A DNA stretch of 64,000 bases, from contig OZ287083.1 in the NCBI GenBank assembly GCA_965645245.1, forward strand, positions 1,240,001-1,304,000, given 5' to 3'. Position 1 is the stretch's first letter; each line of letters begins with the position of its first letter. The notes under the pieces were generated by a model that saw only the letters and a program-made list of their open reading frames with translations, was not told where the DNA came from and made no database searches. The stretch comes from Massalongia carnosa. Taxonomy: Eukaryota. A program made the position numbers and the translations under genes. Positions 36,852-48,971 of the stretch are shown one piece after another.

Positions 36852-38473
36852 GATGGTTGAAGATAGAAGGTGTTGTGAGGTATTGTTGGTACAAGGTATG
36901 GCGATGTAGATAGATGAATGTAACCCGGCAATGTGATGTATCTGCGATGAGATGGTGTGAATCGGTGAATGCCAATCGTATCAATAGACTGAGTTAGGGT
37001 AAGCTGATGCAATGTCTCAAAAGATTGCCGTAAATATATTAGGTCTGGTCTGGAGGCAACTGGAATATTAAAGTCGTAAAAGGAGTCGAGTGTCGTTGAT
37101 CGTAAGGCTGTCTTTTCTATGCAGAGTTCAAGGAGAGAGTAGTACGTCGTCAAGACCGTCAAGGAAGATGCCACGAAGCAACGAGGGCCGCGGTGTCCAA
37201 GAGTGATTATTGCTGCAGTTTTTCCGACCGGCGGAAAATCGAAGTCGATGGGTATCCAAGTGCTTTCTTGTAGCCAGAAGAGCGTCAAGCCCGTCGAAGC
37301 GAAGGTAAGGTAGTGTTTGAGGTGCGAAAAAGTTTGATTATCACGGCAAAGTCGCTTTGATGGGGGCTTCCGCTAGGAGGTTTGGGGTAAAATTGGTAAT
37401 CAACGGTTTTGGCGAGAGGGGTGGTGGGTTGCCGTGTGTGGAGGGAGGAGAGCCTCGGATTATGCCTTACCGGAGGATTGATGATGTTGATAATCGAAAG
37501 GGGCCGTTGTTAATGCGGAATGACACGAGCAACAGTCGTTTAAGTTATACTCTGCACAGTACTGGCTGTACACGAGATGGGGCGAGACGGACGGAGTGTG
37601 GGTGATGGGATGATGGGGTGATGGGGTGCTGGGGTGATGGTGTTGTTTTATTTGTTGCGCAACAGCGTGTCTTGTTGGCTTTCCCTGTTGGATGGACCTC
37701 AACCTGCGAGGGACCAGAAGGTGAAAGTAGACGTGAAGAAAAGGATATTTGTGGGGGAGGGGGGTGGTGAAGACGGTTCGAGGCGAGTATGACGGGACGA
37801 TGGTGGGGAAGTTGAAGATGTTTCGAAGTGAAGACGGAAGAGCGGAGGGAGACTTTCACTTTATGGGAAAACTCGAGTAGTCGGGTAGGTGGGGGTTTGA
37901 GAAGGGAATGAAACCTTTGAAGCAGAAATGACCCCTTGTCCACTTGCCCCGCTCGAGCGTGTCTGAACGACCAATGAGCCACAGGATCTTACTGGTCTGG
38001 AGATTAGACTTGAAATACCGAGTACCTGCCCAGGTACGGAGTGTTCCAATGGGTATGGTGGTATGTAGTGTAATAATAATAAGACGTGTAATAATAGGAA
38101 CGCGATACCGAGTACAGAACAGAAGACGGAGTGCCTAGCGTGCGTCGAAATCCCTTCAGACAGCCACCGTTGGGAAGGGGAAAGGTCCGGATGGGACCTC
38201 TTGCGGTTCCACTTGCGGTTCACTTGCTGTCGAGTACTCCAAGTTTCTGCGAATTCTTGCCCGATCGTAATGATCTGGCTGGTCAAAGTGTTTCGGTGGA
38301 AAGGGCTGATTGGTTCTCGCTTGCCCGTTTGGACCGATGCACTCTTGACTTTCACTTAGCGCGCGACACTTCTTTTCTGAGACAGCAAATCACCCGTGAA
38401 TTCCTCACTCCGATATGCCGGGAAATGCAAGCAGCCCTGCTTCGTCGCGTTGGCAATGACTCGAAAGATACAC

Positions 38474-39563
38474 ACGCGTTTCAACCCACTTTGGGTTGAT
38501 GTTTCATACGTCCAATAAGGCCAACGAGGATGATGAATGTGAGCTTAGTCCATGATGGCCCGTTGGCGGCCAGAGCTTGATGAACGATCTGGGCCGTCAC
38601 TGGTGGATCGGCCTCGGGGAATGATGGGTTCACGTAGCAAAGACCCAGGTGAAGGCCAGTCGTAGTGACCCTACGTAAAGGGGTGGTTTGTCGGCGTCGT
38701 TTAGCACGTTCCAGAGGGAGATTAGTCGACTGAATATGTGTTCGGACGACGATGGTTGGCTAGCAGCGTCGAAGGATGGAGGCCCCACGATTCAAATAGC
38801 TCAAGGTGAACGACAAGAGTGGAAGATGGAAAGTGGTCGAGGTTGTGTAGGATGGCCGGCTGGAGAAAGGGAAGAGTTGGCTGACTGCGAGGTTATCACT
38901 TTGGCCAATGTCTCACATATGATCCGGCTGATGCGTGTTTGATGGTACTCGATCACGGCTTCAAGGAAGACTACTACGGAGAAAGTATGAGACTACAGTG
39001 CACGATCAGGGGATGTGGGGAGTCCGTGGCGGTCGGCTGAAGTTGATGAGTGATGATCCCTTCTCGCAGACAGAACCAAAGAGAAGACGGATGTAGCGGT
39101 CGAGAGATCATAAGTTGGCGTTGTTCGGGCGTGTGATCCACCACCACCACCACCACCACCACCATTCCCTTTAACTTTCCCACCACCATCCCCTTTAACT
39201 TTCCCACCACTCAACAGATCGCTTTTTCCATCCACTCTATAATCCCCCGTTCAGCTCCGGGAGGGAAAGTCCGTGGGAAGGTGGGAATTCGCGTGGTCTA
39301 GGCCTACTGAGCTATCCTAGCAGTCAGAGGTGAACCTGTGGAACAAAAGGTCATTCGTCAAAGGAGATTCGAAGCCGAATGTTAATAATTTCACATTCCA
39401 GAATTCAAAAAACGCAAATCAAGGCAAGAGGAAACGAGTTCCGAACCTCGGCAGCTCAGCCTCTTTGGCTTGGATTCCATTCGGAACAAGCGGACTCTCT
39501 CCCCCTAGCCACAACTTTAACCACAACTTTAGCCACAACCTTCCCTCCAAACGCATCACGCGT
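38474..39563. promoter_or_regulatory. Possible MCB sites (ACGCGT) upstream of the cyclin
   Basis: ACGCGT at 38474-38479 and 39558-39563; such hexamers also occur by chance. Confidence 0.25.
39138..39210. repeat. (CCA)n run plus 24-bp tandem duplication
   Basis: CCACCACCATTCCCTTTAACTTTC followed by CCACCACCATCCCCTTTAACTTTC. Confidence 0.8.
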
Positions 39564-42500
39564 GGCACTTCCGTATCCGGCTTTGAGATTCTTCCTTTTC
39601 TGGCATTCTCCGTTCTCCACAGCACAGCCGAATCCTTATATTCGCCATTGTCCTTTCCCTCGGTGTTGGATATTCGGGATGATCGCTTCTATTCAAGTCT
39701 TCCAGAATGTCAATTGAATTCCTAAGGGAGAAGTTTGTTAAGCCTCGAACGCATCCCTCTCATCAAAGGATGCCCCCCTGTGGGGACTCATAGCCTCAAT
39801 GGACGCATCCTCGGGAAGACCAAGGATAGGAGCACTGTTTAAGCTGATGAGACTTCAGATTGTCTAATACCACTTGTGGATATCTGAAACGTTTAGGAAT
39901 AAATATTTTCCTCGGCGCTTTGCTATACCTACCTGCACTTGGTTCTTAATCGAAAATATCATGTTACTAAGTTCGTCTTAGCTAGTCTAATCAATGTACC
40001 GATAGCTATGTAGCTCTACATTGGGAGGCTTAGGTTTCTACGGTTATTTCTAGGAATCCTCGATAGCCATGCGTTTGTTGCCGCTGTCTTGCTTTTCTTG
40101 CTATCAGACTCTGGACGAAACCATACAACGTCCTTTTCCACATGTCCATCCGCCCATGCACTTTACCTCCAACATCGTGTTGTATTTGGTATTGGAACCT
40201 TGCAGAGATAACAATTACGGCGGCAACGAGGAAAGCTCTCTCTTGCCGCTTCTTGAAGATCGATTTTGTTTCCAAAACCTTAAAGTAAGAACAGAGAACT
40301 CTGGACTCTGTGTTGTAGTGCCAAACCGATCCGAGAGATCTGTCAGAAGGCGGTTCCTCCCGAAGGACGAAGATCCTTCTCCATTCATCCGGAATTACGA
40401 TCTCGATGCAGAATGCTCTCCGAGAACGAACTATGGCTTAAGCTCTAGCGGAGTGCACTTGCATGCCCATATGATTTCTAAAGTACCGACTCCGTGGAGA
40501 TAGCTACCTAAGGTACCTATGTGTATGAGCCGAGGTCATGAGTGAAAAAAAGGATTATTCTGAATTATCATGCATCGTGTGTTGGATCTTGCGCCTTTCT
40601 TTGCATCCTTCACAACAATCGGCTGTAGGTTAGTTGTGCACCGGTATAGAGTAGTAGAGTACAGAGAGTACGGAGTAGTCCCCCAGATTCCCGACGCAGA
40701 GACGGGAGTATGTTACGAGCGGCTGCACTGGAAGTCTGATATTGAATCCCTACGAGTGACCTTTTCATATCTCAGACATGCATCATTCGTTCCCAGCACC
40801 TCGCCGGTCTCCTCGTAGCAAAAGGGGCAGGTGAAAAGGTGAAACGGAGAGTGATCCTGTCAGTGGGACAGAATTCATGCCTCCCATCTACTCCATACAG
40901 AGCATGGAATTTCACGTAAAGGTACGCTTTGCCGACGACGCCATGTCTGTGTTTTTACGCCCTGTGGACGTAGCACAAGGCCCATCTTTCGCGAATCTGA
41001 TGCGCTCCAACAAAATCCACAATAGCCTAAATGTAAAAATAACCAGCGCTACGTCAGGAAAATTTACCCGTCTCATCTGCAGTAAGCATGACATCCACCC
41101 TGCAGATTGCTCTACTGTGCACCTTGTAACGGGGATCGAATTTGAGATGGAAGGATCAAGAAAGGAAAGAGAAGGACCCTGGTTCAACCGAAAAGTTGAG
41201 ACGGGGCACATACTGAGCGCCTGCAAAGCGCCATTCAACCCCCTTCGGTCTCGCCGGGAGGGCTGAAGGGGTTGTTTTGCCATGACGGTACATTGCATGA
41301 TGAATGACAAAAACCTCATCAATCACAGCAACATCCCGACTCGTCCTGTTTCTTGCGGCGTCGAGTTGCATAGTGCCTAGGAGTTCTGTCATCGCACTGC
41401 CTTGTGATCGGCATTGTTAGTTCCCAACCAACATTGCGACGCGGCATTGGAAGTTATGCGATGTCATTCGGTGTCCTGTTTCACTGGTCAGGAAACTAAA
41501 GCGTCTATTTAATCGACAAAGATATTTACCTGAATGGAAGTCGAACACGGCTAGCAGCGATAGAGATCATAAATAGATGGCCGTTTCTGTATGATGGGAG
41601 GCGAATTCAGCACTCATCAACCAAATCACACATCGATCCGGGCATCAACATGAGTGTTGATGTTTTTCTGAACGTGCTCCCCGAAGTCGATAATATTATC
41701 TACGATGATATGGGCTTAGTCAAGACATGCTTGGAGGCGAAGAAACCAACTCACAAGCTTGACATGAAGGTTTATATTGGACCATACTAACTACTCGGAT
41801 CGACCGCGTATGAACTGCCCAAGGGTTGAAGAGCTATATCAGTTGCTATCATGATCCAATCCTCATGACTCCTTGCAGGATTGGTGATGCCCTCGGCGCT
41901 GACTACAGAAAAACTGTCGTGAAGCTAGGTTACATACCAAAAGCACTGATCTAATGTCGAGAACACAACATTAGGTCTTGAAATCTCGAATTAGAACATG
42001 GGCTCATTGCGTACATCTTTATCACCAAAAGTCAAGGCTTGTATGCCATACTTTATCACAGACGGAGGTAAACATTCTCCTTTTGCTAACTTTGTCTAGT
42101 AATGTCGATAGACGTGTTCAATAAGCCTAGATGCATGGAGAGGAAAGGATAGAGATCCAAGTTTCCTCATCACTCTGGGGGTCAATTACATCAGAAATAT
42201 TTTAAGTTGTCTGGTTATATTCTATCTCTTTATCCGAAACCTAATCTACAATGTTCCTATGACGCTGCATTTCTCCTCGGCATGACTTGATGTCGCCAAC
42301 GTAACCCGATCCAGAAACTGGGACGGTACGTACACTACTCAGCTACCTTCTAGCTCAACCCTACAAGTCAATCAATATCTCCCAGTTATGAGCTTAGGAG
42401 TCGTGAACAATATAAAAAATGCACGGCCTCTCCATAGTATGGTTGGTGGCGCTGTTGGATAAATCCGCCTGGATCCTGCGCTACTCTCAGGTCCTTTCCT

Positions 42501-42971
42501 TTCAGCACCAGCGATAACAAAGGCGTGTTCACCATACAGCAGCACAGCGTAATTAACCCTCCCAGTATGCCAGTATGGACCATCCAGCCCGAACGGTTCC
42601 TTCACCAACTCCCACTCCTATTTGTGAAGCCCTTCATACTAACTTATTTTTCAAGTTGGGTGGTTCCTCTATACGAGAGGATCATATCAGGGAAATCATC
42701 CAGCGAAGGAGCTAGGCATCAGAGCACGGGAAGTCCTAGTCCACGCTTTACGTATTTGCTTTCGCCATCGAACCCTCTTTCGTTGGAAACCCATGGATGG
42801 CCCTTTGTGCCTTCCCGTCTTAGTTGCACGTCTTTGTTTGTTCCAACAAAACGTCTAGGTACACCCTGATGAGTGATAAATTCACATGTAGGTATAATAG
42901 CATGATTGTCATTGAAGGTAATTATCTATGTGGGCTATCTACCTGCTTTTATAGCAGTCACATAACAGTGA

Positions 42972-43060
42972 TGCTGTAGGCCTCCCATAGCTGCCTGTTA
43001 GGCACCTCCATAACTGCTTATTAGGCACCTCTTATAGATGCCTGGCAGACACCCGTGGGA
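42972..43060. repeat. Degenerate minisatellite of about 23 bp
   Basis: Units TGCCTGTTAGGCACCTCCATAAC and TGCTTATTAGGCACCTCTTATAGA plus weaker flanking copies. Confidence 0.5.
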
Positions 43061-45500
43061 CTCACGATGGATGCCTATATTGACGGTAGCCTCACCATTT
43101 AACACACCCAACGAATCACAGCCCGCAAATTTCTTTCGTTCTCCTTCTATGTAGTCATGTACCCATTCGCTCCGCAGAAATTCCCGCCAACGCCTGTTCC
43201 CTGGAAAAAAAATTGAAATCATCAGACCCCCTCCCTATCTCTAACTAAACTAAATAACCCCATCCTTTCTCTCCCCTCCGACTTAATCAAACCCATCCCT
43301 ACTTTAGTTATGTACCACACTATAATGAGATTTAAACACCCCCGCCCCCCTTTTTTTTTTGCATCAACAACGAAAACAAAATTCCTCTGCCTGCCTTCAT
43401 CTACTTCTACGTTTCTCTTCTTGTTTCGTTTCTCAGACAGACAGGCAGGGCAGGGCAGGGCAGGGCAGGGCAGACAGACAAAAAAACAAGCTTTCGCGGT
43501 TCGTAGGTTAGTAGATGAAAGAAAGAAGAAAGGAGAGAGAAAGAGAGGGGAGTTGTGTGTATGTGGATACGTAGATGGGGATTGAGCGATCGAGCGATTG
43601 ATTTTGAGTTACTATGATCTGCTTTTTTGGGGGACATTTCTTTCTTTCTTTCTTTCTTTCTTTCAGTGCGTCTGTCTATCTCTCGATAGCAATGGTTTTT
43701 TGTTTTTTTTTTGTTTTAAAAAAGAAAAACGATCAACCAAATAAGTTTAACGAATACGCATTTTCCTCATCTTTCTTTCACCACAACAATAAACCCCCCC
43801 AAAACAACAGAAAGAACCCGGCTAGCCGAAGCATATATCGTAGGATATTGGAATGTTTGTATATGTATGTATGATCATCGACGAGCGAAACGAAAGTCTC
43901 GAGGATATATGTATGAATGAAAAGAAGTGAAAAGACCCCCTTGGAGCTTTGGGTGGGGAGGAGGGGGGGGGGTTTGTAAGAATGGATAAACGGAGATGAG
44001 GGTGATAGCGAGTAAAAGGAAGAAGAAGAGAAGAAAATGATGATGATGATGATGATGTATTCATACTCCGATATGACACCGGCCGTAGGCCGGCCCATGC
44101 GGGCAAAGCTATCTAAGTTATGTTACATGGAAAACCTTTCACAGGTGTAAAAACCATATATATCCCTTGATACCCGTCCGATGTGACTACGGGTCGACGT
44201 CGGGCGGGAGACGCAGTGCAAAAGACGTGTGGGAACTGTAATGCCTTGTGAAAAGAGAAGAAAGAAAGAAAGGTTCAACTATTGTTGATTGTACAATAAT
44301 GTTGATGCTAGTGAGAACTGATTCAATAAGCCTGTTTTCATTAGCCAAGCAGTTAGTATCTTCAGAGTTTTTGATGATTCGGTCAGCTGCTGATAGTCGC
44401 TCGTGCCGGCGGCGCGAAACATCTGTTCTCTATTGTCAATAAGTCTGCAGAATATGATTACATGTTCTGGAGTTTGTCTGTGCCAGCCACATGAGCAGGC
44501 CGGTGAGGTGACGGAGGGCACCCGTCGCTTGTAGAGGAAGTCAGCTAACCCGATCTTGCCAGTGCGGATTTGTGTTGTTAGAGCGCTTTCTGCCTTTTTT
44601 AGCTGCGTGTGTATTTTCAGCCGTTTTTTGCTCAGTGGGACTGATTGTGCTATGGAGGGTTCGATGACGCGATTTTGATATGCGCACCACGAGTCGTTCC
44701 AGACCTTCATTTGTCGTGCTTTGATTGTTTGCATCTGCTTGTGTCGGGCCGTTGCCGCAACGGTAGCTTCGCGGTGCCACGCCGGGTAGACTTCGAACCA
44801 TGGTGGGTGTGCCTTTGGTGGTTGAACTATTTTTGAGTCGATCAGTAGGCTTTTGGCCCAGATGTGTTTCAGCTCTCCCGGGGTGGGCTTTTGAAGTCGT
44901 TTGCGACCTGCCTTGCCTCGAAGTTTTTCAGCTATTTTGTTGCATGCGGAGGAGATGATCTTCAACTGGCCTCCGGCTCGGAGCCGGTGCCTTGCCTGTG
45001 CTTGTAGCATGTCGAGATGCGTGTCTATGGGCGCTATGAATGTCTCTGCTTCTAGTACTGAGATAGGAGTGGCTTTAAAGGCACCGGCTATGGTGCGAAG
45101 GCAATTGTTTTGCATGACGGAGAGCTTGCTCGTTGACGTTTTTGACTTTTTGACTTCTTTGGGCATGTGCCATACGGTTGACCCATATGTCATGGCCGGA
45201 CGCACCACGGCACTGTAAACTTGCCTTGCCTTGGCGAAGGTGGCACCCCAGGTTGATGTGGAAAAATTTGTCAAGGCCATGGATTGTTTGACCATTTTCT
45301 CTTGCGTTTTGCGAACGTGCGGTCCCCATTTCAATTTGGTGTCGATTTGTAGGCCCAATACTCTGATGTCCGTTTTTGGTTCAATTTCGGTGCAAGCAAT
45401 ATTGATGGATGCAGTCATGTTGAATCTTTTGGGATTTCTGGACAAGTGTATGAGTTCGTACTTCGTCGGAGCGAATACGGACCCGTGCCGGGAAGCCCAC

Positions 45501-46827
45501 CACGCGGGTGACAAAATAAATTGCAACGTGTAAGCGAATTTACCCCCCCTTTTTTATTCAAATTTTCATCTCATCATCAACCATCATCTGCATAGCTGAT
45601 AAAATTCATCTAAATTACATGAGATCAATAACCAGTCATCGCCCCCTTTGCATCTTTCACCTCTTTCAATCTTTTGGGCATGGATAACACCCTTTCATTG
45701 ATAAATTCCTGACTGACTCGAGCCCATCCCTCCCTAATCAGCTGCTCCAAACTTGCATCGTCCCAATGAGGAAATTTACGAACATGCTGCTTTGCGGGCT
45801 GCCAGCAATTTTCAATGGGAGCTAGATCAGGAGATGAAGAACAATTGAAATAGTGCTCTAAATCGTGATCTAACTTCCACTTTTTGACCGCGTTTCGTCT
45901 CTTGCCCGTGCCATGACCAGAGTCTCCATCTTCTTCAAGTACGAAGTCATCTCCACGCTCCAACCAGGGCTTGACGACGGGATCAAGAATAGCGTCAATA
46001 TACACCTGATGAGTCATTTTTCCATTGCTATTGCTGGGCACATCGTAGAAGTAGATATCCGACTTGAAATTGTAACCAACTGCTGCCCAGCAGTGCTTTC
46101 TTTTACGATCTTTCTCAGGTGGTACATCACGATGCTGAATACAATCCCAACGATATCTTGTTCCGGGCTTACGAATGATTCGTAACTGTCCTTCAGGCCC
46201 GTAGCCAAAATGAATCTCATCGCTGAATCGTATGCGATGCCAGTCTTCGGACCGAGGATATTTATTTAACATAACTGTAGCAAATTCTTCTCTTCTTTCT
46301 TCTGATGCCATTGCCAGCCACCCTTTGACACAGGCTAGACATTTGTGATAATTCAAGGCAGCTGTAAGATTTCTCTTCATTGTACGTCCCATCACGTCGG
46401 CCCCAATCTCCTGTGCTAAAGCATCCCATATGTAGCGTTTTCCTTCCAATTGTAGATCTTGATCCTGCAGAATGTGATCTGCCTCCTTCAGCTGATCATC
46501 ACTAATCTTTCGCTTTCGACCCCGAGTCTCAACGAGAGAAGAATTGTGACGTGTGCGAGAAGAAGCTCCGCTTTTGATGATGTTATAGCCCGCGCGCTCG
46601 GCCACGCCAAATTCCTGAAAAATGGCCCGTGGATCGAATGGAATTGCATGTGAGATGAGAAATTGATAAGCTCCTTGAACTTTGGCCTTTGTGGGAGTAT
46701 CATAATGAGGCTTTTTGGGTCGAGACATTGATGATGAGATAAAAAGTTGAAAAAAAGGAGGGTGTTTTGATGGGGCATTCAGGGGTAAATTCGCTTACAC
46801 GTTGCAATTTATTTTGTCACCCGCGTG
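45501..46827 (-). mobile_element. Intact IS630/Tc1-like DNA transposon, 1327 bp, 46-bp perfect TIRs, 5-bp TSD CCCAC
   Basis: TIR CACGCGGGTGACAAAATAAATTGCAACGTGTAAGCGAATTTACCCC at 45501-45546 and 46782-46827; CCCAC at 45496-45500 and 46828-46832. Confidence 0.95.
45625..46728 (-). CDS. DDE transposase, Tc1/IS630 (DDE_3) type
   Basis: 367-aa uninterrupted ORF; ETRGRKRK, RFSDEIHF, WAAVGY, LEEDGDSGH, SPDLAPIENCW, SMPKRL; 38 residues between second D and E by manual count. Confidence 0.93.
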   Translation of the reverse strand: MSRPKKPHYDTPTKAKVQGAYQFLISHAIPFDPRAIFQEFGVAERAGYNIIKSGASSRTRHNSSLVETRGRKRKISDDQLKEADHILQDQDLQLEGKRYIWDALAQEIGADVMGRTMKRNLTAALNYHKCLACVKGWLAMASEERREEFATVMLNKYPRSEDWHRIRFSDEIHFGYGPEGQLRIIRKPGTRYRWDCIQHRDVPPEKDRKRKHCWAAVGYNFKSDIYFYDVPSNSNGKMTHQVYIDAILDPVVKPWLERGDDFVLEEDGDSGHGTGKRRNAVKKWKLDHDLEHYFNCSSSPDLAPIENCWQPAKQHVRKFPHWDDASLEQLIREGWARVSQEFINERVLSMPKRLKEVKDAKGAMTGY

Positions 46828-48971
46828 CCCACGTCTCACATTGTCTGTGTATTGCCTCTAGAGTTTTGCAATTTTCCTCGGTGCTTTTTCCATATGCCAA
46901 ACTGTTTGCGTCGTCTACGAATCCTATGGCACTTGTGTTTTTGCCTGGTCGATCACATATTTCCAATAGATCTGCATTGTAAAATAGGTAAAGAATGGAT
47001 GACAGGGGAGAGCCCTGCGGGATACCCGTTCTTACCGCAAACCGCCCGGTGACTTTTCGTTTATTGCTAAAGTGGTGCTTCGATCGCTCAGAAAGCTGTT
47101 TAACTAGTCGGTGATCCATTTTGGAATTTTTCTTTTCCGTAGGTTGTGCGTTAGTCGTTGATGTGATACCGTATCGAACGCGCCGGCGACGTCCATGCTT
47201 AGCAGTGTGGCTACTTTGTCTTTTCCCTGTCCCCAAATCGTGTGAACCTGTTCAGTTAGCAGTTCCAGTGCTGACTCTGTAGATCTGCCCTTCCTTGCTC
47301 CTATCTGTGTGTCGGGTAGGAGCCGGTGTGTTTCCGCTAGATAGGTTATTTTCGATTCAATGATGGATTCCATAACTTTACTGATCGTGTTGAGCAGTGC
47401 AATTGGTCGGTAGGCTTTCGGCGTGGTATAGTCTCCTTTGCCTATTTTTTTCAGCGCTATTGTGTTTGCAATTTTGAAAGCCCGCGGGTGGTACGAGTGT
47501 GTGACGCACGCCTGAAACAGAGGTGTTAGTAGTTCGACAAGTTTTTCGCTGCATGCTTTGAGTATTCTGTTAGATATGCCGTCTGGGCCCGGTGCCTTAT
47601 CGGACTTGAGCTGACTCAGGGCCGTCGATACTTCTGACTTGGTGATGATTATTGGGCAGTGCGGCGATGTAGGATAGAAGGATCCTTCTATGTCGCTTAG
47701 GTCGGCCGGTGGTGGTGCAGGAAAGAAGACACCTTTCAGCATTTCGGCTTTTTGGTCAAACGTGTCTGCTACTTGGTTATTGAATTTTAGCATCGGCATT
47801 TTGGATACTTCTCTAGATAGATGACTTTTGTCTTTGGCCCATTTCGCTAGCCGCCATAGTCCCTGAGGCGTTTCGGTGGCCTTACTGATTTCTTGACGAA
47901 AGTTTGTTCTCTTTGCCTTTTGAATGATTTTCTGTTTTTTATCATTGGATTTCATATAGTTAGACCAGTCCGTTAGGTCTAACGTGCTGGACCATATGCG
48001 GCGTAGTTTCCGTGTGGCTTTGGTAGCAATGCTGCATTCTTCTGTCCAGAATGGCTTAGCATATTCGCTAGATTTTGCCCATGGAACTGCTTCGTTGATG
48101 ACATTTTGTAGAAATTTTTGAATCGATTCCGTGTACGCATCAATCTCGGCAGTAGTGCGGGGAGACTCTGGTATAGGGGCGTGGCGTTCGGCCTCCCTTG
48201 ATTTTTCCAGGTTTAGAAGTTTCCATGCTCTGCGTTTGATTTTCGGTTGCGGCTCGCTTCCGAGTAGGATGCGGGTTGATATCGGTACGTGATCGGACGA
48301 TTGATTCAATTCTGGTCTGGACATGCAGTGTTCGAGTCTTTCGACTAGATATTCTGACATGAAAACCAAATCTATCGTGCTAGACGTGTTTCTTGCTTCC
48401 CATGTTACGGTGCCTTTCGGCAGTATCAACGAAAGATTATGATCATCGATTATTTCTAGTAATTGATCAGCAGCAGCGTGTTGTGTGGGTCTTAAGGGAC
48501 CATTCCAAAAGGGATGATGCAGGTTGAAATCTCCAAGTAGTATGTGATGCACATCGGCGGTAAGCATGCTCCGAGCCGCCGGTAAGGTCGTGGGACTGTC
48601 AGTGGATGAATAGGAGGCGGGAGAGGGGTTATACACATTATGGACGTGAATTGTTTCCATAACGCCTTTGGTGTAGGTCTTTATTTTCAAAGTGCACATG
48701 TCGGCCGAGGTGAATTCCACCTCCCAGCTGTCAGTGTCTATTAGGTCGTTGACATAAAAGCACACTATGGTGTCACCTCCTGGGCGGTATAGGAGGTGAA
48801 AGCCGCTTTGATGAGAACTAAGCGATGTGGGGGCGGATGGATTGCGCCACGGTTCCTGTATTGCAATAATATCATAGTCCTGGGTGTTTGTGTCTGCTAA
48901 GAGGGGTATCATAGTACTCACTCTGTCATTTCTGAAATTATACTGCAATATAGAGAGGGATTTTGGGTCCC

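Noticed and set aside
40000..42900. Several 65-145 aa ORFs upstream of the cyclin
   Set aside because: No recognisable domains; lengths compatible with chance.
45501..45520. TIR start resembles a RAG recombination signal (CAC heptamer plus ACAAAA nonamer-like)
   Set aside because: Spacing is about 3 bp, not 12 or 23, and the protein is Tc1-like rather than RAG1/Transib-like; likely coincidence.
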